Assembly: GCA_026706445.1 (NCBI GenBank)
Contig: JAPOYT010000174.1
Location: forward strand, 5,445-69,444
Origin: Chloroflexota bacterium
Lineage (GTDB): Bacteria; Chloroflexota; Anaerolineae; Aggregatilineales; Phototrophicaceae
Reading direction: 5' to 3'
Length of the DNA: 64,000 nt
The notes beneath the pieces were generated by a model. That model was given only the letters and a program-made list of their open reading frames with translations. It was not told the origin of the DNA and did not search any database. Below are positions 30,329 through 39,417 of this stretch, piece after piece. Positions within the stretch are counted from its first letter, which is position 1; each line of letters opens with the position of its first letter. Made by a program: the position numbers and the translations under genes.

Positions 30329-31276
30329 CTAATTGTATAGTCCCGAAGTAAGATGGTGCGGTTCAGTATGAAAGTTTTCCGGGTTTTCCCGCCAGCGGTC
30401 GCAGATAAACTCGTAGGGAGTTCGCCCCTTCAATGCCTTGAGCCGTTTGGCAAAATTGTAGGCTTGTATGAAGGCTTCAAGGTGCTGGCGCAGCTCTGCG
30501 GGTGTCTGGTAGAAATAACGATACACGGTCTGTTCTTTCAGGGTCCGATGCATCCGTTCAACTTGCCCATTCGTCCACGGGTGATAGGGCTTTGTCAGCC
30601 GGTGCTCAATGCCATGCGCTTCACAGATTTTATCAAATTTCAGCTTATGCTTCCCCCCGGTCGTCGCCTGTTTGGTAAATTGGCTGCCGTTATCAGTCAA
30701 GATGGTATGGATACGATAAGGCGCCCTCTCAATCAGCCGCCGGAGGAATGCGCAGGCATCTTCGCGTTTCGCGCTTTTGGACAGTTCAGCAAAGACAAAC
30801 TTGGAGCTGCGGTCAATCGCCACAAAGAGTTTGAGTCTGTCTTGCTTGGTTCTGACATTGCAGAAGTCCAGGTGAAAGTATCCGATGGGATAGGCTTTGA
30901 ACTGCTTCTTGGCCGGCTTGCTTTCCGATTGCGGCAAGCGGTTGATGCCATGCCGTTTGAAACAGCTATGAAGGGTCGAGCGGGCCAAATGCGGAATCGT
31001 CTCTTGCAGAGCATAAAGGCAGTCATCCAGTGGCAGCAAGGTCTTGGTGCGGAAGGCCACGATCATCGCTTCTTCTTGCTCGCTCAGGACAGTGGATCGG
31101 CGCTGCTTCGGTCCCATCGGCAGGTCTTCGACGGAATCGCGCTTCTTCCACTTCGCGACCGTCTTGGGATTGATGCCATAGCGCTTGGCCAGCTTCCTTA
31201 TGCTCTCTTGACTATTTTGTATAGCTCGGCGGGTTGCCTCAGTCGTTGTGGCGCGAGGGTGGAGAACCTGTCCCAT
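30329..31276 (-). CDS. IS481-family DDE transposase (integrase core domain)
   Basis: 315 aa. The N-terminal HTH region is RKLAKRYGINPKTVAKWKKR. The rve-type core shows GYFHLDF, ILTDNGSQF and YHPWTNGQVERMHRTLKE. The stop lies 3 nt beyond the left inverted repeat. Confidence 0.85.
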   Translation of the reverse strand: MGQVLHPRATTTEATRRAIQNSQESIRKLAKRYGINPKTVAKWKKRDSVEDLPMGPKQRRSTVLSEQEEAMIVAFRTKTLLPLDDCLYALQETIPHLARSTLHSCFKRHGINRLPQSESKPAKKQFKAYPIGYFHLDFCNVRTKQDRLKLFVAIDRSSKFVFAELSKSAKREDACAFLRRLIERAPYRIHTILTDNGSQFTKQATTGGKHKLKFDKICEAHGIEHRLTKPYHPWTNGQVERMHRTLKEQTVYRYFYQTPAELRQHLEAFIQAYNFAKRLKALKGRTPYEFICDRWRENPENFHTEPHHLTSGLYN

Positions 31277-31329
31277 AATGCTTCCTTTAGCTCCTTGGAA
31301 AGAGTACCATCATAATCCAAGACCATACA
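30334..31329 (-). mobile_element. IS481-family insertion sequence (~1 kb) inserted into dgoD
   Basis: Imperfect terminal inverted repeats are TGTATAGTCCCGAAGTAAGATGGTGC (30334...) and, at the other end, the reverse complement TGTATGGTCTTGGATTATGATGGTAC (...31329). It carries a single DDE transposase ORF. Homology to dgoD stops exactly at the right end. Confidence 0.8.
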
Positions 31330-32242
31330 TATAGGCAACCGCGTCCACTTGAATGCAAGAGGCCAGCGCGATTGGACCTAGCGGGCAGTGCGGCGCCAGG
31401 GCGACATCGTAGGCTTCCGCCATCGCCGCGATGCGAAAGACTTCGGAAATGCCGCCGGCGTGCGACACATCCGGCTGAATGATGTCAACGCTGCCCTCGG
31501 CCAGTATCGCCTTGAAATCCCAGCGCGAATACATGCGCTCGCCAGTTGCGATGGGAATTGAAGTGGAGCGCTTGAGATCAAGCAGCGATTCGTTGTGCAT
31601 CGGCAGGATCGGCTCTTCGACGAACATCAAGTGATAGGGCTCCAGCTCGCGTATCAACATCTTCGCCATCGGCTTGTGAACCTTGCCGTGAAAATCTACG
31701 GCGATGCTGAAATCGTTCCCCACTTGCGCGCGCGCAGCCGCCACCCGCGCGACCGCCTCGTCAATATGCTGAAACGTATCCATATAGTGAACCGTTTCAA
31801 CAGCGCCCATCTTTACCGCATTCAAGCCTTCGTCTTTGCGCTCCTGCGCCTGCGCCGCAACTTCTTCCGGCGTATCGCCGCTGATGCCGGCGTAAACCTG
31901 CACACGGTCGCGCACTTTGCCACCGAGCAAATCATAGATCGGCGCACCGTGATACTTGCCCTTGATATCCCACAGCGCCTGATTGACGCCGGCGATTGCG
32001 CTCATCATTACCGGACCGCCACGGTAGAAGCGCGCGCGAAAGAGCGTCTGCCAAATGTCCTCAATATGTCGGGGATCGCGCCCCAGCAGATAATCGGACA
32101 TGTCTTCCACCGCGCCGCGGACGGTGCCGGCTTGCCCTTCAACGATTGGCTCTCCCCAGCCGGCATAGCCGTCATCAGTGGATACCTTGAGAAAGAGCCA
32201 GCGCGGCGGCACGGTGAATAACTCTAGCGATGCGATCCTCAT
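31310..32242 (-). pseudogene. dgoD: D-galactonate dehydratase, 3'-truncated by the IS481 insertion
   Basis: Colinear with E. coli DgoD from the N-terminus (ELFTVPPRWLFLKVSTDDGYAGWGEP...) to APHCPLGPIALASCIQVDAVAY. It then reads 6 IS-derived codons and stops. About 70 C-terminal residues are missing and are not found downstream. Confidence 0.75.
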
Positions 32243-32290
32243 GAAGGCCTCTCCATTTTCGAATGCCCGTATTTTACACCTCGATTATAA

Positions 32291-33727
32291 TTGCAGTTTA
32301 AGCCATGCGAAAAAGCTGGAGAAAGGCAATCACCGTTGAATCGTTTGAGCGGACAGTTTTCCCGGCGTCTGTTCATCCTCGCGCTGTCCTTCGCCTTGTT
32401 ATTCATTGTTTTCAAGTTTCCGGTATTCGCCGAATCGACTGAAGAACAGACCGTCGGCGTGAATCCCTTCATCCCGCTGATGCTTGCGCTGGGCATCATA
32501 TTGCTGGCATCGCGGGCTGGCGGCGCAGTCGCCCGCCGGCTGCATCAGCCACGCGTCCTGGGCCAACTAATCGTTGGCGTCATCCTGGGGCCGACCCTGC
32601 TGGATATGCTCCACTGGGGCATTTTGCAGGGAGTCGATTTGCAGCATACGATCAAGGAATTCGCCGAATTGGGTGTGCTGCTTCTCATGTTCAATATCGG
32701 CTTGGAAGTGCATCTCAGCGAGCTGGTAAAAGTCGGCAAAGTGGCGGTATTCGCCGGCGTGCTTGGCGTGGTCGTGCCAGTGGCGCTGACAGTCGTGGTG
32801 ACGATTCCAGCCGGCTACGATATGTTCCCCGCCCTATTCGCGGGCGTAACCCTCGCCGCCACCTCGGTCAGCATTTCGGCGCAGGTCTTGCTTGAGCTGG
32901 GATACCTGCACACGAAAGAGGGCAATGCCTTGCTCGCGACAGCGCTGATTGATGATGTGCTAGCCATCCTCGCGGTATCGCTGACGCTGGTGCTGGCGGG
33001 CGCTGGCGGCGCTCAAGGCAGTGGAGACCTCAGCCAATTGCTCGTCATCATCGTGCAAATGGCGGGCTATATCGTGATCGCTTTCCTGCTTGCTTGGTAC
33101 ATCCTGCCGCGGGTGATGGTATGGATCCAGCGGCGGCCGCAACTTTCGCAGTCTTACGGGATTCCCATTTTCGCCTTGATCAGCGCCTTGCTATTTGGTT
33201 GGTCAGCCGAATTTTTAGGCGGCGTCGCCGCGATCACGGGCGCATTCATCGCTGGCGTAGGATTGAGCAAGTTATCAGCCAGCATGAAAAACGATATCGA
33301 ACAGACGATGAGTCACCTGGCTTATGTCTTTCTGGTGCCGATATTTTTTGTCGATGTCGGCTTGCAGACCGACCTAAGCGCCTTCCCGCTTGATGCGCTG
33401 CCTTTCATGTTGATTCTCTTGCTGATGGCGGTGATCAGCAAGGTGTTCGGCGCTGGATTCGGCGCGCGCGTCGGCGGCTTTAATCTGCGGGAATCGCTTC
33501 GCGTCGGCGTCTGCATGGTTTCGCGCGGCGAAGTCGGGCTGATTATTATCTCGATTGGTCTGTCCAGCGGCATCCTCGATGGCGGCAGCGAATTGTACGC
33601 GTCGCTCTTCATGGTCATCTTGTTGACCACGGTGCTGACTCCGCCAATGGTGCGCTGGGTATTTCAGGGCAAAAACCAAGACGAAATCGCCAATCGCGCG
33701 CTCGCTGGCGCGGCGACAGGAGACTGA
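32291..33727 (+). CDS. Cation:proton antiporter, CPA2 family (Kef/NapA-like); start uncertain (alternative TTG at 32336)
   Basis: About 12 TM segments. Blocks: GQLIVGVILGPTLLD, ELGVLLLMFNIGLEV, ATSVSISAQVLLELG, DDVLAILAVSL, SRGEVGLII. Confidence 0.8.
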   Translation: MQFKPCEKAGERQSPLNRLSGQFSRRLFILALSFALLFIVFKFPVFAESTEEQTVGVNPFIPLMLALGIILLASRAGGAVARRLHQPRVLGQLIVGVILGPTLLDMLHWGILQGVDLQHTIKEFAELGVLLLMFNIGLEVHLSELVKVGKVAVFAGVLGVVVPVALTVVVTIPAGYDMFPALFAGVTLAATSVSISAQVLLELGYLHTKEGNALLATALIDDVLAILAVSLTLVLAGAGGAQGSGDLSQLLVIIVQMAGYIVIAFLLAWYILPRVMVWIQRRPQLSQSYGIPIFALISALLFGWSAEFLGGVAAITGAFIAGVGLSKLSASMKNDIEQTMSHLAYVFLVPIFFVDVGLQTDLSAFPLDALPFMLILLLMAVISKVFGAGFGARVGGFNLRESLRVGVCMVSRGEVGLIIISIGLSSGILDGGSELYASLFMVILLTTVLTPPMVRWVFQGKNQDEIANRALAGAATGD

Positions 33728-33729
33728 TC

Positions 33730-34110
33730 ATGATGAAATTGATTATCCTCATCACTTCCGATGTGGAAAGCGGTCTGGATGTCGCCGTTCGCTGGCAAGA
33801 CGCGGGCGCGCCTGGCGTCACCGTACTCAAAAGCTTTGGACTGTACAGCTTGCAACGCAAAATGATGGGGGACAGTTTGGAAGTGCCGCTGCACATCGCC
33901 AGCTCCATGACCAGCATGATGGCTTACGTGCTGCGCGAGATGGAACTCAACAATCACGTGCTGCTTTCTGTCGCGCCCGAAGAATTGGTTTCGACGCTCT
34001 TGGATGAAGCGCGCGCGGTAATGGGCGACCTGCTGGACCCGGACCACGGCGTCGCCTTTGTCGTTCCGCTTGACGAGGCGATCGGCGTTCGCTCTCCTGA
34101 CAGCAGTTGA
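33730..34110 (+). CDS. Small soluble protein co-transcribed with the antiporter; possible P-II-like (beta-alpha-beta x2) regulatory subunit
   Basis: 126 aa. The ATG lies 3 nt after the antiporter stop and has a GGAGA ribosome-binding site. The pattern MKLIILITS...GAPGVTVLKSFG...VLLSVA...VAFVVPL suggests a ferredoxin-like fold. No family is recognised. Confidence 0.5.
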   Translation: MMKLIILITSDVESGLDVAVRWQDAGAPGVTVLKSFGLYSLQRKMMGDSLEVPLHIASSMTSMMAYVLREMELNNHVLLSVAPEELVSTLLDEARAVMGDLLDPDHGVAFVVPLDEAIGVRSPDSS

Positions 34111-34178
34111 GGCATGGCTTTGCCAAGCATTACTTCACACTTGAGCTTGGCGCGCTTTCCGTTATCATTGAAGCGACT

Positions 34179-34251
34179 AGGGAAGTAGCTCAATCGGCAG
34201 AGCAGGCGCCTTTGGAGCGCAAGGTTAAAGGTTCGAGTCCTTTCTTCCCTG
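34179..34251 (+). tRNA. tRNA-Gln (anticodon TTG)
   Basis: Manual cloverleaf: acceptor AGGGAAG/CTTCCCT (7 bp), D arm GCTC-AATCGGCA-GAGC, anticodon arm GGCGC-CTTTGGA-GCGCA (one G.A mismatch), 5-nt variable loop, T arm AAAGG-TTCGAGT-CCTTT, discriminator G. CCA is not encoded. Confidence 0.75.
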
Positions 34252-34292
34252 CAAAGGCACAGCCATGAGTCCGCCGCGGCGGGCTTTTTGCT

Positions 34293-35054
34293 TCACGGCT
34301 TTTCGCCGCTTTCGGACGTCGGGGCAACAAGCGGAAAATGATAGTCAAAGGTGAGGATGCTGCGAAGCGCGCCATGCGCCGGCGCTGCCGGGCGAATCGG
34401 TTCGGCGGCATGCCATAGAATCGCATCGTCAAACAGATAGCCGTCCAACACCTTCTCCAAGCGGAAACCTGTCAAGAACTGGCGATCGTCATCATAAATG
34501 GAGACCTCGCCGCCCTCGGCGTTCACCAGTTCCGCCAGGCGCACGGTCACGAAGGCGGCGCCATCGCGATGGATGCCTTCCGGCGTAGGATGGCTCTGTT
34601 CGCTCAAGTCAGCGGTTACGCGTATCAAATGCGCCTGCACTTCCCAGTCCTCACTCAACTGAGCGGCGTCTTCAATGGGAAACTGAGCAAAATCAAAACG
34701 GATCAACTCATGCAGAAAGCGATTGCCAAAAGTGGTATCCAAAAGCGGCGCGAATTTGCGGATGATACCGCCGGTGACGCGATTGATGTCGGTCTTCTGA
34801 AAATAATCTTCATGTGGCAAGCGAGAAAGCGCGCCGTCACTCGGTGAGAATCGGAAGCGGCCATAACGCCGGAAGCGATAGCGCGCGCCACCTGGCAGGT
34901 ATTCGTCCGCCAGCAAATCAGCGTAGTCAATCGTGAGGCTGAGCCAACTCTGCCGCAGCTCATCCGAAACATGCAGGTCGCTGGCTCGCAGCAGACAGTA
35001 TCCCTTCTGCGCGATTTCTCTTCTAATGTCTTTCGCCGTCGAAATATTCGCCAT
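34293..35054 (-). CDS. 2OG-Fe dioxygenase family protein (PF10014-type)
   Basis: 253 aa. Blocks: GGARYRFRRYGRF, HxD motif PTPEGIHRDGAAFV, C-terminal LFDDAILWHAAEPIRP. Confidence 0.7.
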   Translation of the reverse strand: MANISTAKDIRREIAQKGYCLLRASDLHVSDELRQSWLSLTIDYADLLADEYLPGGARYRFRRYGRFRFSPSDGALSRLPHEDYFQKTDINRVTGGIIRKFAPLLDTTFGNRFLHELIRFDFAQFPIEDAAQLSEDWEVQAHLIRVTADLSEQSHPTPEGIHRDGAAFVTVRLAELVNAEGGEVSIYDDDRQFLTGFRLEKVLDGYLFDDAILWHAAEPIRPAAPAHGALRSILTFDYHFPLVAPTSESGEKP

Positions 35055-35060
35055 GGATAT

Positions 35061-36224
35061 TTACGCAGCCATCCGCGCGATAAGTTCGCCCAAGACTTCA
35101 ATACCTGACCGCAAGTCCGGCAGTGGAACGAAGCTGAATGAGAGCCGCAATTGACGCGTCCCGTCGGCGGGATCAACGTAGAAGCCCTTGCCGGAAGCGA
35201 AGTAGACGCCCTGCCCTCGCGCCCGTTCTTCCAATGCGTCCACATGCGCTGATGATGGCAGGCGCAGCCAGATAAAGTATCCGCCGCGGGGCCGCGTCCA
35301 GGTCACGCCGGCCGGCATCGACGCTTCCAATGCGGCCAAGGCGATGTCACGTCGCCGCTCATATTGTCCGCGCAGCCACTGCACATGCGCCTCCCAAGCG
35401 CCGCTGCGGCAATAATCGGTGACGACCGCGGCCGTAAATGGATTGGCGCCCCCGCCCATGCGCAGCATCCCGCTTTCGACGAAGCCAGCGATCCGATCCG
35501 CCGCAGCGATTAGCCAGCCGATTCGCAGACCAGGCGCCAGTGTCTTGGAGAAAGTGCCGAGGCGCAGGACATTCTCCCCACCGGCCAAGTCGTAGAAACT
35601 CGGCGGCGCAGCGCCCTCAAATCGCAGATCACTGTAGACATCGTCCTCGACAATGGCGAAATTGTACTGGCGGCTCAATTCGATGACAGCGAGACGCCGC
35701 TCCCGCGACATAGTGATGCCCGACGGATTCTGGAAATTGGGTACGACATAATAGAAGCGGGGCGCCGCCCCGGCCGCCGCCAACTTTCGCAGGCTGCGCT
35801 CCAGGTCGGCGACGATGATGCCTTCATCGTCAATCGGCGCGGCGCGGATTTTGAGCCGGTGGTCGCGGAAGATATGCAGCGCGTCGCGATACGAGGGCGC
35901 ATCCACCAGCACCGCGTCGCCGGGCGCCGCCAGATGCTGCGTCACCATGCCGACGCCCCAAGTGGAACCGCCGATGATCATCAGATTCTCGCGGCTGACG
36001 CCGAGGTCTTCCGCGCGATTCAATCGCTCGACCAGGAATTCGATCAGTCGGCGGTTGCCCTGCTCATCGCCGTAGTTGAGGAAACGGGCGACGTTGGGCG
36101 CGTCCCAAGCGGAAAGGATGATTCGCTGCAGGTCGTCAATCGGAAGCAGGTCGGGCGAGGGATGGCCGGCGAAGAGCGGAATGCTGCCGGCGACCACGCC
36201 CTGCGGCATGGATTCCAGATTCAT
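35061..36224 (-). CDS. PLP-dependent aminotransferase, class I/II fold (2-aminoadipate/MocR-catalytic-domain-like)
   Basis: 387 aa. Blocks: YGDEQGNRRLIEFL, FYYVVPNFQNPSGITM, IVEDDVYSDLRF, GTFSKTLAPGLRIGW (PLP lysine). Confidence 0.75.
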   Translation of the reverse strand: MNLESMPQGVVAGSIPLFAGHPSPDLLPIDDLQRIILSAWDAPNVARFLNYGDEQGNRRLIEFLVERLNRAEDLGVSRENLMIIGGSTWGVGMVTQHLAAPGDAVLVDAPSYRDALHIFRDHRLKIRAAPIDDEGIIVADLERSLRKLAAAGAAPRFYYVVPNFQNPSGITMSRERRLAVIELSRQYNFAIVEDDVYSDLRFEGAAPPSFYDLAGGENVLRLGTFSKTLAPGLRIGWLIAAADRIAGFVESGMLRMGGGANPFTAAVVTDYCRSGAWEAHVQWLRGQYERRRDIALAALEASMPAGVTWTRPRGGYFIWLRLPSSAHVDALEERARGQGVYFASGKGFYVDPADGTRQLRLSFSFVPLPDLRSGIEVLGELIARMAA

Positions 36225-37643
36225 CTACTTGGGCGTCGCTTCCGGCGGCAGCGGCGTCACATAGGTCTTGTCACCGCGCGCCTGCTCGAAGTCGGCTTGC
36301 GCCGCTTCCAGCAGATCGGGCTTTGCCAGCAGATCGAAAGCGGCGAGCGCCATCGCCTTGGCGGCGAAGATCATGCCTTTGGCGCCGATGCTCGAGCCGG
36401 ACGAGGCTACCGTCTGCCAACTGTGGCCCGGCGTTCCCAGGGGCGAGCAGGTTGTGGTGATTTGACCAGTGGGTGTAATCCAACTGACATCGGCCACTTC
36501 AGTCGACCCGCCCATTCGCGGCGGCGTCGGTGAATGCGGATACACGTCTTCCCACAGGGGATCGCAGATCGCCGCCGGATCCAGATCGGCGTTGGTGGAT
36601 CGTTTCATCCAGTCGAAACCACTCTGCACCGATCCGGCCGGAAAAGTCGCCTGCAATTCGCGCGCGAACTGGCGTTCCTGCTCGGTGAAGGACATGTCGT
36701 CGACTTCCGCCATCTTTTCATAGAGCAAGTCAGCTATCACCTTGTTGGGCAGAATATCATAACAGCCGGTGATGAATTCGATCTCGTGCGTGGTGCCGCT
36801 CATCAGCGCCGCGCCTTTGGCGATATCCTGCATCCAGCCATACATTTCTTCGACTTGTTCGCGCTGTGGCGCCCGCAGGAAATACCATACCTGGGCGAAA
36901 GCCGGTACCACGTTGGGCGCTTGCCCGCCACTGGTGACGACGCTGTGAATTCGTGACTCAGGCTGCACATGCTCGCGCATATAATTGACGCCGGCATCCA
37001 TCAGCATCACACCATCAAGCGCGCTGCGGCCGAGCCAAGGCGATGCGCCGGCGTGGGCGGCGACGCCGTGAAAGTTCACCTTGAAGGAATTCATCGCCAG
37101 TGATGAGCCATTCGAGGTAATGTTGGTATCGCCCGGATGCCAAGTAATCGCGGCGTCCAAATCATCAAATACGCCGTCGCGCGCCATAAAGGTCTTGCCC
37201 ACCAGGGTCTCCTCGGCCGGGCAGCCGTAGAAACGAATCGTGCCCTTGGCGCCAGCTTGCCGCATCGCCGCCTTTAGCGCCATGACCGAGCCCATACATG
37301 CGGTACCGTAAAGATTATGACCGCAGCCGTGCCCAGGACCGCCCGCTTCGATCGGAATCTTTTCGCTGGCGAGCTCCTGCGACAGACCGGGGAGCGCATC
37401 GTATTCGCCGAGCAAACCGATGATCGGCGCCCCTGCGCCCCATTCGGCGATGAAAGCGGTGGGCATGCCGCCAGCGCCCCAACTAATGGAAAAGCCATCG
37501 GCTTCCAGCTTTTCCGCCAGCAGCCGCGCGGCATATTCTTCCTGCAGCGCCACCTGTGGATGATCCCAGATGTCTTTGGCGATATAACTTAATTCTTCGT
37601 CGTTTTCTCTTATATGCTCAAGAATGATTTCTTTCGCGTCCAT
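36225..37643 (-). CDS. M20-family amidohydrolase, aminobenzoyl-glutamate utilization protein B (AbgB)-like
   Basis: I place the start at Met20 of the listed ORF (GGAGAG ribosome-binding site). Blocks: LGEYDALPGLSQ, GHGCGHNLYG, FYGCPAEE, VNFHGVAAHAG. Its stop abuts the aminotransferase start (36224/36225). Confidence 0.75.
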   Translation of the reverse strand: MDAKEIILEHIRENDEELSYIAKDIWDHPQVALQEEYAARLLAEKLEADGFSISWGAGGMPTAFIAEWGAGAPIIGLLGEYDALPGLSQELASEKIPIEAGGPGHGCGHNLYGTACMGSVMALKAAMRQAGAKGTIRFYGCPAEETLVGKTFMARDGVFDDLDAAITWHPGDTNITSNGSSLAMNSFKVNFHGVAAHAGASPWLGRSALDGVMLMDAGVNYMREHVQPESRIHSVVTSGGQAPNVVPAFAQVWYFLRAPQREQVEEMYGWMQDIAKGAALMSGTTHEIEFITGCYDILPNKVIADLLYEKMAEVDDMSFTEQERQFARELQATFPAGSVQSGFDWMKRSTNADLDPAAICDPLWEDVYPHSPTPPRMGGSTEVADVSWITPTGQITTTCSPLGTPGHSWQTVASSGSSIGAKGMIFAAKAMALAAFDLLAKPDLLEAAQADFEQARGDKTYVTPLPPEATPK

Positions 37644-37799
37644 CGGCGCTCTCCGAATCGATGATTGGGTCCCTGCGCCGAGGTTAGCGCAATCGTCCAC
37701 AATTTAGAAGAGAACAATATGCTCGACGATTTTGGTGATGCCAGTGCAGCTGCCTGGGCGCATCAAGAACAAGCGATCAAATTGGACAAATCGGATGGT

Positions 37800-37836
37800 G
37801 ATGAAAAACGCAAGACGCCCCGCATGGTGCGGGGCG
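37800..37836 (-). terminator. Putative intrinsic terminator downstream of the FprA-like gene
   Basis: The minus strand reads CGCCCCGC-accat-GCGGGGCG followed by TCTTGCGTTTTTC: an 8-bp GC stem plus a T-rich tail. Confidence 0.4.
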
Positions 37837-37998
37837 CCGGGGGGACGGAATAAATCTGCTTATAATAATCTTAGTTTGCCACTATCAGCTTAACGTATGC
37901 GCGGACGCCTGTCAAGAAATTCCAGCCGAATTCTAAGACAAAAAATTGGACAATTCTGCCAAAAAGTCAGTACTGCCACCGCCTATTCAGCATCCGGC

Positions 37999-39417
37999 CT
38001 ACTTTCCAGCGCCAGCCAACTCAGGCGCCTTGCCCAAAGCCTCCAACATCTCGACGACCGTGGTAAACTTGACGCGGCTTCGACCAGTTTCGACGCCGCG
38101 CCGCAATTCAATTTCATCCAGGATCTTCCACTCGTCAAAAGATATGAATGTCGGCTTGCGCATCCGCACCATCTCGAGAGCGCGCTCAGCCCTGGTATCT
38201 AACGGCCGCAGCACGTCGCCTGCTGCAAAGTCCTCAAGGAAGCAGTTGGCCGTTTCAATCGCATCCGGTTTGTTGGTGCCAATGATGCCGCTCGGTCCTC
38301 GTTTGATCCAGCCGACAACGTAGTTGCCGATCAAGCGCTCACGGCCCTCATGCCTGGCGAGCACGCGTCCATCAGCGTTTGGTATCGTGCCCCAGCGATC
38401 ATAGAACGGCACATCGCGCAAGGGTACGCCGCGGTAACCGACCGAGCGGAAAATCATATCGACGGGAAGCGTCTCATATTCGCCGGTCGCGCGCGGACGC
38501 AGGTTGCCGTTTCCGTCGAGATAAAGTTCGTTCTTGACGATCTTCATCGCCTCGACTTTTTCGCTGCCGATGATCTCGCTGGGTGATACGAGGAAGCGCA
38601 TAATGATGCGCCGCGATTTGCCTGTTAAGCCCCGATCGACATAGGACTGGAGGATTTTGACGTTGCGTATGGCGCTGCGGTCACGCGCTTTCTTCAGGTT
38701 TGTCGCGCTCAGTTCATCCAGCGACGCATTCTCGCAATCGACGATGATGTCCGCGTCCCCCATCTCGCCCAATTCCTTAATCTCGGGATTGGTAAAGGCC
38801 GCTTGAGCGGGTCCGCGACGACCCATGATGTAAATCTCTTTCACCTCACTCTGTCGCAGCGTCTCCAGCGCATAATCTGCAATATCTGTCCCATACAGCT
38901 CTTCCGGCGTGCGCGCCAGGATCCGCGCGACATCCATCGCTACATTGCCGACGCCGATCACCGCTACCCGCTTGATTCCAGACAGATCAAAGTCGTAGTC
39001 ATGGTAATCCGGATGCCCGTTGTACCAGCCGACGAATTCGGTGGCGGCGTAACTGTTCGGCAAGTCTTCGCCGGGAATGCCAAGTTTTCTGTCCGTTTGC
39101 GCGCCGACCGCGTAAATGATCCCGTGATAATGCTCGCTCAGGTCAAAGCGGCTTACCTCCGTGCCGAATTCGATATTGCCAAAGAAGCGAAAGCGTTGGT
39201 GAGACGCGATGCGGCTGTATAATTTGGTCACTGACTTGATCTTGGCGTGATCCGGCGCGACGCCGCCCCGCACCAAACCGAAGGGCGTCGGCAGGCGCTC
39301 GTACATATCGACATAGATCTTCGGCTCGCGCTGTTTCAACAAGTGATCGGCGGCGTAAAAACCCGATGGACCGGAACCGATGATCGCCACACGGATTTGC
39401 GATGCCATAGTCGTCAT
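37999..39417 (-). CDS. fprA: NADPH:ferredoxin (adrenodoxin-type) reductase, FprA-like
   Basis: 472 aa. Blocks: VAIIGSGPSGFYAA, ERLPTPFGLVRGGVAPDH, a second Rossmann motif VAVIGVGNVAMDVARIL, and GWIKRGPSGIIGTNK. Confidence 0.8.
   Translation of the reverse strand: MTTMASQIRVAIIGSGPSGFYAADHLLKQREPKIYVDMYERLPTPFGLVRGGVAPDHAKIKSVTKLYSRIASHQRFRFFGNIEFGTEVSRFDLSEHYHGIIYAVGAQTDRKLGIPGEDLPNSYAATEFVGWYNGHPDYHDYDFDLSGIKRVAVIGVGNVAMDVARILARTPEELYGTDIADYALETLRQSEVKEIYIMGRRGPAQAAFTNPEIKELGEMGDADIIVDCENASLDELSATNLKKARDRSAIRNVKILQSYVDRGLTGKSRRIIMRFLVSPSEIIGSEKVEAMKIVKNELYLDGNGNLRPRATGEYETLPVDMIFRSVGYRGVPLRDVPFYDRWGTIPNADGRVLARHEGRERLIGNYVVGWIKRGPSGIIGTNKPDAIETANCFLEDFAAGDVLRPLDTRAERALEMVRMRKPTFISFDEWKILDEIELRRGVETGRSRVKFTTVVEMLEALGKAPELAGAGK

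Noticed and set aside
37665-37853. 62-aa (or 44-aa) ORF in the gap between the M20 and FprA-like genes
   Set aside because: The protein is low-complexity with no motif. The ORF contains the strong hairpin that is better explained as a minus-strand terminator.
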